Source of the DNA: Lama guanicoe
Taxonomy: Eukaryota
NCBI GenBank assembly: GCA_013239625.1
Contig: MU054187.1
Span: 19,150,711 to 19,214,710 of the forward strand
Length of the DNA stretch: 64,000 bases
Reading direction: 5' to 3'
Part shown: piece after piece, positions 26,161 through 38,165 of the stretch
How positions within the stretch are numbered: the first letter of the stretch is position 1
How the letters are laid out: each line of letters opens with the position of its first letter
Program-made: the position numbers and the translations under genes
Notes under the pieces: model-generated
Database searches by the model: none
What the model was told of the DNA's origin: nothing
The model's input: only the letters and a program-made list of their open reading frames with translations

Positions 26161-26973
26161 ACAAATGACTTCCTCACCAAACAAAAGTGCCACAGGTCCT
26201 AGACACCAGTGCAGGGAGGATAGAAAGGGCAAATCCATGCCTCAGAGGTTCCCAGCCGCATGCAAGTTACAGGTGAAAGGTGACATCACTGTATTTCCAC
26301 TGTAGCTTTTAACGACACACATTCAACGTGTGTGGTAAACCTCGTCCCGCCCCTCTGGCTACTAGCCAGGTTTTTTCCCAATATAAGGCCCGAACAGTCT
26401 GATGAACCCAAGAGCTAGAATGTTTCTGTCCTCTTTGCACAAGTAGATGAATGACTCCAGCTGACTTCCCTGAGCTGGAAAGGAAGAGTCAAGCTCACCG
26501 CGGATATGATGGACCACCACAGAGTTCAGATGAACGGAGTCACTTCAGGAAGCAGTTCTCTGAAGCACCTTCAAAGCATGGGACAAGGAGGAGGTCGTAA
26601 TAGTCAAAATAACTGTGGGATTTTGGATCCTTGAACAAAGTTTTACAGAAGACTCCTTTCTGGAACCATAAAGGAAATAAACAAACTGCCATCCATGTCT
26701 AATTTCAGGATCTCTCTGGGCCATATTTAATAACAACAGGCAATGATGGAACAATATTATCCCAATTTTATTTTAATAACTCTGAAGCACCGAGACATTA
26801 AGTAACTAGATAAGGTCATGCAACTAGCAAGGGGAGAAGCCAGAATCTGAACCGAGAGCCTGTGTTACATTGCCTCTTGATTTACACAGGGGTAACGGCG
26901 CAGAGAAGGGCAGGGGGCAGGATCATCTGCTTTGATTCAGTCTTGTTCCCTCCCATCTTACTAACGAGCCCAC

Positions 26974-27290
26974 AACAAAGGTGTATTTTCTCTCTTTCCT
27001 TCCTTCTTTTCTTTTTTCTTTTTTTCTTTTTTTGTTTTGTTTTGTTTTTTGACGGAGGTACTGAGGATTGAACCCAGGACCTTGTGCATGCTAAGCATGC
27101 GCTCTACCACTTTAGCAATACCCTTATTGCTAAACAAAGGTGTATTTTCTCTCTTTCCTTCCTTCTTTTCTTTTTTCTTTTTTTCTTTTTTTGTTTTGTT
27201 TTGTTTTTTGACGGAGGTACTGAGGATTGAACCCAGGACCTTGTGCATGCTAAGCATGCGCTCTACCACTTTAGCAATACCCTTACCCCC
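26974..27290 (-). mobile_element. Tandemly duplicated tRNA-derived SINE (two identical 153-bp units)
   Basis: 26974-27126 is identical to 27133-27285. Each unit has a SINE head and an A-rich tail on the minus strand. Confidence 0.9.
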
Positions 27291-28032
27291 AGAGGTCCTA
27301 TTAATGGACTCAAATTATCCTGCCTGCAGGCTTTATCAAATCATATCTCAAGGAACACAGACTTCTAAAAAATTGGATTTAATTTAAAATGTCAGAGCAC
27401 TTTTGACATTCACTTATTTAGACTAGCCATTCCCAATACATCTGCATCAGGGCGATTTTATTTTCACTCAACCTTCCATCAAATCAAGAACATAAGGAAA
27501 GCAAGCGTGTCACTGGTAACTGTCATCTGTAACAAGGAGACCACGCACTCTGGGTCAGTCATCGCCGGGAAACGCACAGGCAGGACCTTCTTAATTCTTT
27601 GCCCCTTAAGCCTCCTTGGTCTCCTGCAAGATGAACGAACCCCTCTGTTATGTTACTGCAAGGTTCTTACCCTAAAATTATAGACTCTCCCTCAAAACTC
27701 TAGAGTTGAGCCTATTTTCCCTACATACAAATTGTTAACACTGGAGTTTCCAAATAGTATCATCAATGAAGTGTGAGAATTTAATCATTCTAATTCCACT
27801 ACACAAATCTCACAGTTATATTCTGTTCCATTTCATCCAGTAAATGAGAGCAACAAAGGTTATTTGCCAGATTTGGTGATCTAAACTCATTCTTTGACCA
27901 GCTCTTCAGGAATTACCTCCTGGCCAAATAATCTTCTTCAAATAGATTGGCTACAATTGTTTTAGGGAACGATGTCAAAATTACATCTCACACTATGGTA
28001 GCCAAGTAAGGTCTCTTGGCGGATCTAATCTT

Positions 28033-28207
28033 TTAAAAAAATTTTTCAATTATTCTTTTTTTAGCATTTTTAATTAATTTTTAAAAAATTTTTTGAGTGG
28101 GGAAGTGATTATGGTTTTATTTATTTATTTTTAATGGAGGTACTGGGGACTGAACTCAGGACCTTGTGCATGCCAAGCATGCACTCAACCCCTGATACCC
28201 TCTCCCG
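28033..28207 (-). mobile_element. tRNA-derived SINE
   Basis: SINE head and tail; perfect 18-bp TSD cttggcggatctaatctt at 28015-28032 and 28208-28225. Confidence 0.9.
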
Positions 28208-31199
28208 CTTGGCGGATCTAATCTTGATCTTAGGGATAAAGAGGAAAAGGGGCTTAGAACCTCTTTATAGACAACTTGGCGGGAATCTGCCAGGCTATGG
28301 GCTCCCCAGAAGCGAAAGTTGGCCTTATTCACTGTTATTTCCTGCCTGATTATCAGGAGCATGGGAAACAATGGCCCAAGAGAAACATCTCTTGAGGGAA
28401 CGAACAGAAACGCGGGCAGCAAACCTAAAGAAAATCATCCTTATTTCAACAACAGAGGTTCGGCTAGGCTGGAAGGTTGGCGATGAGGGCCTCTAAGCAA
28501 TCCCGAATATTCCAGGAAGTCCAGCAGAAACTGTATTTACCTTAATATGAGCCGGCACAGGGCAACTCAGAGATCAAGGTGCCTCCACCTCAGCAGACCT
28601 CACATCGAGTCCTGGTGCAAGACTGGTTGTTCGTGCAGATCAGAAGTTCTGACAGTGGACTTGGCAGCGGGGAGGGAAAGCTCCCACTCCTTGCCCCGCC
28701 AACCCCCACCTGGGGTGGGAGGACACGGTCCGAGCGCTCGCAGAGGTCAAGGACATCCTGGCTGAAGCCCTCTGCTCCTTCTCACCAAGAGGCATGGGTC
28801 AGCGGATTCCAGGTTAAGACCTGACTTCTTGCTTTTCCTCCTCTCTGCCTTAATGCTTGTGCTGCAGAGCACTCCATGGTCAACTAGTAGTAAAATCTGG
28901 GGAAGGAGGCCCTGGTTAAGGGCTGAGTATAAATGACATGTTCTAGGCCAGTTTACTAGAAGCCCCGCACCGGAGAGTAAGGGAACCAGTTCACAATGAA
29001 ATGGGGCCGATTCGCCATTTATTATCATCCTCTGAGTATATGCGTCCCTCGGAAACTGCAGAGGGAGGCGGACCGGCCCGGGCAGGATTCACAGAAGGAA
29101 CGCCTACCCCCAAAGCCACAGGTGAGACCACCTCCGCCCGAGGTACTTTAGGAAGGAAGAATATTCCAGAAATAGAAGCTGATAAGCAGCGAGTGGTAGA
29201 TCACTTCAGGAAATTGTGATTTCTCTAACCACAACTCCAAGGGCGTGAACTGCAGATCATTCTGGGCACAAAAGACTAACCCAGGAAGGAGGGTGACGAT
29301 TTGGGGTTGGCAGACCAGGGCGCTAATCCCGGCCCCTCCTAACTTGCTCAGCAGCTCGAGCCGGACAAGGCACTTCACCTTGCATGGTCCCAGTGTCCTG
29401 AGCCGTCAAAGGAGGATATTGAGTTACTAGATAATCTCTGTTTCCCTTCCAAGTCTGGCAGTTGACAATTCAGCAAATGACAACTTTGTCTGGTATCATA
29501 AGCACATGCCTCTCCCTCCAGCCAACACAGACCATTTGCAAGACACATACTTGTTAGCAAATTGGAATTCGGCGCTTGCTGCACGGTCCCTGCCAAAGGC
29601 TTCTTAAAAGTCATCTGATAGTCAAGAGATAGTCTAATAGACGTGTTAACCATCCCTAAAGAGCTGGCACACATGGAGCAGATCCCACTCGATTAGTATT
29701 CATTGAGCCCTGAAAGTGGGTGTTTTGACACGTACTATCTCACTCAGAAGCCTTTCTTCCTGGTTTTCCAGCAGGTGGACTCTTGATAGAACTCCTAGCA
29801 GTCTTTCGTGTCCAGCTTTTACCTCAACTGATTATGACAGTACATTATCAATTCCGTCAGATTCTCCGGCTCTTGTCCCTAAACGAACACACAGCATCGC
29901 GGAGCACAGTCCTGGGCCTTGTTATCTCAGCCCCCTACTGTTCTGCCTTCACTGGGTAACAGCTTATTTTAGAATCCTTCCTCCGTTTGACAGTGTCTTT
30001 GTATTTTTTTTTTTTAACTCTGGCTGAAGATACTGTTTACCTAGTATTCCTCATTCAAGGGTCCAGGAGGTGATGGAGTTTTTTAGTTTTTTGTTTTTTC
30101 AGGGGATGGTGGAATCTTACCACTGCCCATAAATGTGTAAGCTTCTTTGATCAGAAACTGAAAACTGTGTGAAACAAAGTTTTTCTTCTTGTCTCTTTCA
30201 GAGCCTAAATTAGTGTCCCTTATAGTAATCAAGATCTCAGATACTTAGCAGCCTGTATTCCTCTCTTTCCTCAGCTGTGGCAAATCCTCCCAGGTATAAA
30301 TGGGCACAAACATCACAGATAAATACAGGGAGATGAACAGTACAGCGTATGGGCGTGAACTGTGGCGCCACTGGTGACCACATGGCCTCAGGTGCGCTAC
30401 GTCACTTCCAAGTCAGTATACTCAGCTGGCGAATGGGGTCATGTTGATTCCCAAGTCAGAACTTCTCATGAGATCCTTCCTCCTTCATATAAAGCAGTTA
30501 GTACCGTTCCTGGCTTTAAGGATTTAGCAAATATTCATTCAAATTAACGTGATCTTGGAACCCAAGTTGTCCTGCATTTCCTTCCCGTTCTTTTATTGAT
30601 TTTATTGGATTCCTCTTTGTTTTATCCAGTCCACTAACCCACGACTTTTTTGCCAGCCCCTGGCCCCTTCCTGTCCTCACTTTTCTTAGATCTCATCATT
30701 ACAGTCACAGCAGGGCCAACTTGATCAGCACAATGTTCTCTCCCTCGTTTCACAGCTCACCTGCCTAAACTGCATCCCTGCTGAATCTAGCTCTCTGCTT
30801 TGTCTACAAGAGATGGCGGAGTGTGAGGCATAAGGGTACTAGCTCTGGAGTGAGATGGCCCAGGGTTCAAACACCTGCTCTGCCACCTAACACCAGCATA
30901 TCTTCAAGTGCTTATCACATCTGTAAAATGAGGATGATGACAATAAGAATGCCTGACCAGGGATGTAATGAAGTTTAAATGAAATGACACACTTCGATTT
31001 GTACTAGCCACAGTAATTAAATAACTTAATAAGCACTAGCTAGGATCCCTTTTGTTATTATTACTCTGTGCTTGAGCCAATGGAACGAGGCTGGGGTAAT
31101 CACACACCCAGGCAGACTGCTTATACTGTCAGTGTGGAACCGCGGCATCAGGTGGGTCCTTGCGACAGTCAGGCAACTCCGTTGGATGGTTCGTTTGCT

Positions 31200-33410
31200 C
31201 TCCTGCTCTCCCACAACACTGTCTCCTGACTTCAGCTCTGACTTCAGATCTCCTGCACTCTCAGCTGATGGCCTGCCCTCCAGCTCCATGGGGAAAATAG
31301 AAGCCTCTAGACAAGTACTGCTTCATCTGACCACCATCCAATATACAACTACCCACATCTGGACTCACTGTCTCTGCCTTCTCTCTAATTCAGTGGAAGA
31401 AGGGGCCTTGCTCTGTTAAAGGCCAATCCTTATATTTGGGTCCCAGGTCCCCTCTCCTATGACTTTTTCCAAGGACCTTCCTCCTGCAGTTTTCTCTTTT
31501 CTCTGCATCTTCAGTTCGTCCCTAAAGTGACCCTCAAAGATCCCCTCCTCCTGGTATCTTCTTGCTTTCAGTGTGAGTAGAACCCATCATTCACCTCTAA
31601 CCAATAGAAAGTGGCAAAGATGATAGGGTCCTGCCCCCATGATTAGAGTGCCTTATATGAGTCTCCATCTTGCTAGCAGATGGAGCAAGATTCTCCTTGC
31701 TGACTTGACAGAGTAAGAGGCCATGTTGAGGGAACGACGTAACAACACCCTGCAGGAGTGGAGGTGGGGGTGGGGTGGGGCTGTAGGAGCTGAGGGCAGC
31801 CCACGAGTAACAGGCAGCAAAGAAGCTGGATCCTCGGACTAGAGATGCGAGGGAATGAGTTCTGCTAACAACCTGAGTGAGGCTAGAAGTGAATCCTGCC
31901 CCAGTCAAGCCTCCAGATGAGAATGCAGCCCACCCAACACCTTGATTGCAGCCTTGTGAGACTCAGCAGCAGACCGAGCTAAGCCTGGCCCAGACTCCTA
32001 ACCCACAGATACTGGGAGAATGGTTGTAAGCCAAAAAGTATGTGGTACTTTGTTACACAGCAATAGAAAACAAATACACTTCACCCCCCACACACCAGAT
32101 CATTCCTATCATGCTGTGGTCACTACATTAGAGTCTACAGAATCCTGTCTAAAATAAAAATCTAGACCATATGCCCTCCAGATTCTCCCCCTTCTCTCTA
32201 TTCTTCTTTCCAACAAAAGAGTTTAAAAGAATTTTTCATGTCTCACTACATCCTCACCTCCACTCACTGCTTGGGTCTCATCACTGACTTCACATTCTTT
32301 TGTTAAGGATACCAATCCATTCCCTGTTATCTAATCCAAACGAACACATCTCTATCCTTATCTTCCTCAATATCCCAGGGGTATTCAACACAGTTCACTA
32401 CTTCCCACTTTTGGAAATATTTCTTCTCTTGCAAAGTCCAGGAAGGACTTTTCATTTTCTAGTTTTCCTTCAACCTGTTTGGCTGCTGCTTCTCAATCGT
32501 CTTTGCTGGCTTCTCCTCCTACGCCCAAACTTAAACAGCGCTGGACCCCGGAGTCTAGCCCAAGGCTGTCCTCTGGTGTGCACTCACTTCCTCGTCCCAG
32601 CTTTAAATGACATCAATATGTCTTCCCAATTTTTCCCTCTAGCCCTGATCTCTCCCCTCAGCTCCACATCCTATAGCCATGTGCCTACGTGCAGTTTCCA
32701 TGCAAATATCTGAGCATCAATCTCAGACTTAACACGAACCCTCCCCCAATTCATCGGCAAGTTACCACAGGTGGGTCTTCACAATCGATCCTGAATTTAC
32801 CCACCCCTGTTTACCTCCACTCTTAGTCCACACTGCCCTTACCTCTCACATGGACTGCAGTGACTGCCATCTAACCGGCCCCCTTGATCACCCTGCTGTC
32901 CTGTACGCTCCAGTCTAACCTTTCCAAAAACACAATATACCTTGTATGCCTGTAAAACTTTCCAAAGACTTCATACTCTAAAAGGCCCACAGGCTCTATG
33001 CTGCTGGCCTCTACCTGCCTCCCTAACATATCTCGTACCTGTCAAGTTCCAGCCACACCCACCCTTTTCCCCTTCCCACTTCAAGACTTTTGCAATTGTT
33101 ACTCCCTCTGCCGGAAAAGATCTTCCTAAAGCTGCATGTCTTGGATCTCAGATCCAATGCCCCCTCCTCAGGGAGGTCTTCCCTCTAGCTGCTTTCTCCT
33201 CTTCCTCTTAGACTCTGAGATACCAGTCTCATTTCCCTCATGGCATGCGTCGCTGTCCCAAGCACCACGTTTATTTATTTGCTTGCTTGATTGTTGCTCT
33301 GGCTCTTCTTACTAGATGTGGGCATCTGGAAAGTGCTCACTGCTGTGTTCTGGAATAGTACCTGGCACACAGTAGGTGCTCAATAAATATCTGAATAAAT
33401 GAATGCATCA
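31200..33410 (+). mobile_element. L2 remnant with 3' end (split by an MLT1 LTR)
   Basis: C/T-rich L2-like body ending cctggcacacagtaggtgctcaataaatatctgaataaatgaatg. Confidence 0.7.
31520..32078 (+). mobile_element. MaLR (MLT1) LTR inside an L2
   Basis: ccagtcaagcctccagatgagaatgcagccc…ttgttacacagcaatagaaaacaaataca. Confidence 0.78.
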
Positions 33411-35246
33411 ACATGTATGATATCAACATTCTCGTACGCATTAAAATAAAATGATCTGATTTTATCCATTAGAAAACCTCTTCAGATGCTATGTCAAGAC
33501 ATTCGGCTTTAAAGCAGTAAAAGATTATAAAAATTATACTTCAAATCACTCAATATATAAATTCCTGAAGAGTTATGGGCAAGTCAAAACATTATAAAAT
33601 GAAGCTCATTTTGAAAGAATTGAACAGATATTTGTTCAGAGGTGTGAAAAATCTTTTTAAATAATGTGAATTATCACACACCAGTTATTTTGTTTTTATA
33701 GATTTAATTTTTTTCCTGCATTGGATTTGCTTTGATCATGGAGCATAAATTATAATTAATTTTTCTATCACAAATTGTGCAACCGCTGTTCAAACCACAA
33801 GACACCTTTTCAGTATTTCTAGACAAAAATGCTAAGGAGTCACAACTCTTGTTACTTAATGTCACTGATGCCATGTGACTTAATTCCAAACCCAGCTATA
33901 TCCTGTAACCATACAATGCAGGCCTTTTAGTAGACCATGGTAATGAGTGTGGTCATGGTCTGGATTCCAATAAGCAACTGTCAAAAACTATCATCCCAAG
34001 TGACCATTTGCTGAAAACTTCTCACTCCCAGAACTGGTACTTCCAGGGTGGTCTAGGAAATAAGTTTGTGCCCATGTCTACTCTGGGGCTATTCTATGCT
34101 GATGTTTAACATTTCTTTGGAACTGCAATTTCATGCTTTGAAGAGTTAACTTGCTTCTGCAAGCCCCTAAAGATTTTTTTTAAAAAAATAGTCTCTATTA
34201 AGTTCATCTGTTTACTTATTTTCCTTCCAGTTATACCAATATCTTCTGAAAACTCCAGTAAATAGCTATTCAGTTGATTATACGCAACGCTCTTGAGAAA
34301 AATCACTCACTCCATCGTTTACCACTTGCTGCCCTCAAAACTTCTTAGCAACATACACTGTGCATGAACCTCAACGTGGTTTGCTTTGTCCAATCACATG
34401 CCTGAAAGCCCAGCCAGTCAGTTGTGTAATAATAAACCCCTTATCTCCTGAAGATACACAAACGAAAAGATCTCTTGGCGCTGCAGTGCACAGGGGACTT
34501 CGCCAGAATTCTCAGCAGAAACACAACCATTTAAAATGCCAAATCCCCCCCTCCCCACCTTTTTCTTCTCATTTGCAATTTTGAGGAGGCAAATAAACCC
34601 AAAATGTTAAACAATGTCGAGTTTAAGCAGGGGAGGGGAGGCAGGCACTGCCAAAAGCTGCCAGCAAAATGCATGTAGAAACCCAGGGCTTGGGTTTTGC
34701 TGTCCTGGGCTTACCGGTTCCCTCACAGGCGCCTGGAATGGAAACTCATCGACAATTGTTCTTGGATGCATAAAGGGCTGAGGGATTGACAAGAGAAGCC
34801 GTTTTCTAGTTTCTATGAGCTTGACTAGTCCTCAAAAGGAGAAGGGGACAGTCTTGCTTCCTCCGAGTAGAATCCTATTTCACTGCCTCCTATCTCGCCC
34901 GTCCCCACCGGGCGCAGACCGGCGCCTGCCTCGTCCCATCTCCAAGTTCCCCGCCTTAGCGGGGAAAAGCGTCCCTCACCAGCACCCACACCAGACAGCA
35001 CACCCGCCCCGGCCTCGGAGGAAAGGGGGAGCGGCCGCCCGGGAAAGGTGCTGGGGCCCGGGCGGTGAGCTCATCGGTCCCCTCGCTCTGCCCCGCGCGC
35101 GGCCGCCCGCGCCGCCGGACACACCCCTCCCGGCCCGGCCTCTGCGATCGCCGGCCCCGGCCTGAGCCCGCGCCGCGCCGGGGCCCCGGGCCCGTCCCCT
35201 CCCCAAGCCCGCGGGACCCGCGCGCGCCCCCGCACCCGGCACGCAC

Positions 35247-35745
35247 CTTCAACGCGCCCCGGGCCGGGCCCTTGGGGAGCGCGCGGCCGGGGCCCAGGGC
35301 CACGAAGCGCTCCTCGCCGTCCTCGTCGTCGTCGTCGCCGTCCACCACCTCGACGACCACCTCCTCGTCCTCGTCCTCCTCGTCGTCATCCTCCTCCTCC
35401 GCGCCCCCTCGGGGCTTCGCCTGCACTCGCCCGAGCCCCCTCCGCCGCCTGCTCCCGCCCTCCTCTTCCTCGTCTTCCTCCCCCAGAAGCAGCAGCACCG
35501 GAGACGAGGCGGCGGCGGCGGCCCCGGCGGCCCGAGGGGGGCCGGTCCCGGCGCTGCAGGGAGGCNNNNNNNNNNNNNNNNNNNNNNNNNNNNNNNNNNN
35601 NNNNNNNNNNNNNNNNNNNNNNNNNNNNNNNNNNNNNNAGCGCGCCTTCCCGGGCCGGCGCGGGCGCGGGGCCGGGCGGCTGCAGCGCGGCGCTCCCCCG
35701 GCGGCTGCCCAGGCTGGAGCGCTTGGCTAGACGCCGCGCCTGCAT
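35247..35745 (-). CDS. ZNF704: ZNF704 (Zfp704/Gig1, C2H2 + C-clamp family) first coding exon, N-terminal Pro/Ala-rich and acidic region; spans an N gap
   Basis: The ATG at 35745 gives MQARRLAKRSSLGSRRG. After the gap the frame reads ASSPVLLLLGEEDEEEEGG...EEVVVEVVDGDDDDEDGEERFVALGPGRALPKGPARGALK, closely matching the recalled N-terminus of mouse Zfp704. The exon ends at a phase-0 donor AAG|gtgcgt (intron starts 35246). There is an in-frame upstream TGA at 35791-35793. Exon 2 (…MTFTFQSED) was not found in the window. Confidence 0.92.
35566..35638. other. Assembly gap (73 N) inside ZNF704 exon 1
   Basis: Run of N in the most GC-rich segment. Confidence 1.
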
Positions 35746-37929
35746 GCCTGACCGCGGGCTGCCGGCCGCCGCGCCGAGCCGGAGAGTTTGTCACCTCCCC
35801 CTCCTCCTCTTCCTCCTCTTCCTCCCCGGGCGGCCGCTGTGGTCGCAGGCGCCCGGGGCGCGGGGCTGCGGGGGGCTGCGGGAGCCGCCTCCCCGCGCCG
35901 GCGACTGCCACTGGCTGCAGAGGCGCGGGCGCCGCCTTCGCTGGACCGGCCCGCGGGGACGCCGGCGGCCGGCGGCTACGGCGGGGCGGCGCGGCGGCCG
36001 CGGGCGGGGGTGGGTGTGAGCACCGCCGCCGCCGCCGCCCCGGAGCCGCGGGCCGCGCTGCGCTCCATGCGGCCGGCGGCCGGGCCCGCGCGCTCCGGGC
36101 CTACAGCTGCCGTCCCCCGGCGCGAGCTGTTTGTGTTGTGTATTTTCCACCGCCGCCCCCCTCTTCGCCAGCCATTCCTCGCAGCCCTCCGGTCCCCCCG
36201 TGCCGACAAAACCCGGACTGGATTTCCTTCGCCTACGCACAGCCTCCGAAAATCCGGTGCTGCCGAGCCGTCGGCCCAGCCGCGGGGGCCCTCGCTAACC
36301 CGGGGCTGCCCATTCCCTTTGGAGGGAGGAGGGTCGACTTCGCTGGAAGTAGGGCTGGCAGTCCAAGTCGGACTTGGAAGGAAGAGATTTGCCGCAAGTC
36401 TTTGCCTGGCAGGGCGGCTACTCTTGAGCTTCCGTGAAATCGGGGGAGGTGGACCAACCCGAGATTTGGGGGCAATTCCTCGCATGAATCATCAGACTCG
36501 TTTGGATTTTGGAGGTTCTGTTTAATGACATTGCCGGCCCGTCTCCGTCTCCCTGAACACACCGTCCTAGGCACAGCCTTGAGCTCTTTTGGCATTGTGC
36601 TAAGTCTTGCAGCTTTTATTTCTGCAGCATTTTATTTATTTTTACGTGGAGTGCCTGATTATAACGACCAAATTCCAAGGAGCCTTCGGCGCGCACCATT
36701 CAATGTGTCCACTACTGGCACTGCCGAGGCCTTTGGAGAAACAAACCGGGCGCGAGGGAGACAGTTATTTTATTGTATTTATTTATTTATTTATTTATTT
36801 TTGAGACATTTTAAAAATTAATCTGAAGTAAGATCAAGTGTGGAAACCAAGCACACAACTAGTTTGCCACATAACTAATGACACTGTCACTTTCTAAAGA
36901 TTGTTAGGTGTGACGAAGAAATGTCATTTGCTACGGTTTGGGATTAGGCTCTATGGTAAGCCCTGTGCCTTATGTTCAAATCGTCAGCCAAGTTCCACCT
37001 CTGTAGATGAGGGCTGGGGAGGATCTCACTCATCAAATACTCTGGCAGGGCCTCCATGAAGCCCGTGTAGAAGATGTCCTCGCCCTCAGCTCCCTTTCAT
37101 GGTAATTACTGTAGGAGATCTAACATCACGTGCCCTGTTAGACACTTGAAGGCAGCTCATTAAATGCTCGCTTATGGTGTCTTCCAACTGTTGAACAGTT
37201 CCACTGGGATGATGACAAAGATTCTAAAATGAACTTTTTGTTCTCCCTGAATCAGATTAGCTTCCTGATGTACCTATTTCAGGTAATGACACTCTCATTA
37301 GAATCATTCAGGTCCAGAATAGCGGTATCATTTTACCTCCGGCTGCTACCTTATTCCTAGAGGCAATTGCCCACAAGTCCAATCCATTGTTCTTTTTGAA
37401 ATGCCTCTCGAATCCACCTCTTCTTTCCCATTCCCAGAGGTCCTACAGAATTTCGTGACTACAAAAGTGAAAGTTTCTAATAAGCTCTCTGCACCCAGTT
37501 TCTCAACAACACACCCTCCCCTGACCCCCTGCAGACACCAGCATCAGATTCATCTTCCCCGAACTTCGTTCAGATCGAGGCATTTTTCTGGTTGAACTTT
37601 TCATTTGTAAATATTTCATTCGAGAATTCAGAGAGAGAAAACACAATGGTTTGAGCATTTTAAGAGATGGATGTGTTTGGTCAAAGCATGGAACGACAGG
37701 GGTCTGCCAAGGAGTAATCAGTGAGTGTTTGCGAAGAATGGGAAGAATGGGAAAGGGTCACTGAAATGGTCCATCTCAATGGCAAGAAATTTACCTTGGT
37801 CGATTTGGGAGATGATTTTAGAGAAAGGCAGCGGGGTCCTTCTCTGACCAGGAAGAATAAAGATCAGAGAGAACAGGGTGGCTGACAGGTACAGGGAGGG
37901 TGGTGGAGGGGCACAAAGGTGTAAGACAA

Positions 37930-38165
37930 TTGGGCTAGTGGTTAAACACACGGTCTCAGGAGCCAGAGTACCTGGGTCTGGATCCGGGCTCTGGAACTTA
38001 CCAGCTATGTGCCTTTACTCACTGTCTCTCTGTGCCTCAGTTTCCTCATCTGTAAAATGGGGATAACAGTAGTACCTATCTATTAGTAAAGTTGTTTTGT
38101 AGGATAATGAGTTAACAAGTGTAATCATCTTAGAAGTGTGCCTGGCACCAAGAAGGTCTATATAA
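37930..38165 (+). mobile_element. MIR
   Basis: Core ctctgtgcctcagtttcctcatctgtaaaatggggataa. Similar MIRs lie at ~3420-3590, 26750-26870, 30830-31040 and 51600-51830. Confidence 0.85.

Larger units (their letters stand above)
1..35246 (-). other. ZNF704 intron 1 (partial; continues beyond the left edge)
   Basis: Lies downstream of the exon-1 donor, is repeat-rich, and contains no recognisable ZNF704 coding sequence. Confidence 0.8.
34900..36550 (-). promoter_or_regulatory. CpG island: ZNF704 promoter, 5'UTR and exon 1
   Basis: Very high GC and CpG density, GC-box-like motifs, (GCC)n at ~36023-36037 and a purine-rich GAG tract at ~35797-35823 on the minus strand. Confidence 0.9.

Noticed and set aside
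26961..27387. ORFs containing a repeated peptide
   Set aside because: They are translations of the duplicated SINE and its low-complexity tail.
35065..36525. Long plus-strand ORFs (221 aa and 245 aa) and alternative minus-strand frames in the CpG island
   Set aside because: These are stop-poor shadows of GC-rich DNA and of the ZNF704 exon, with no recognisable homology.
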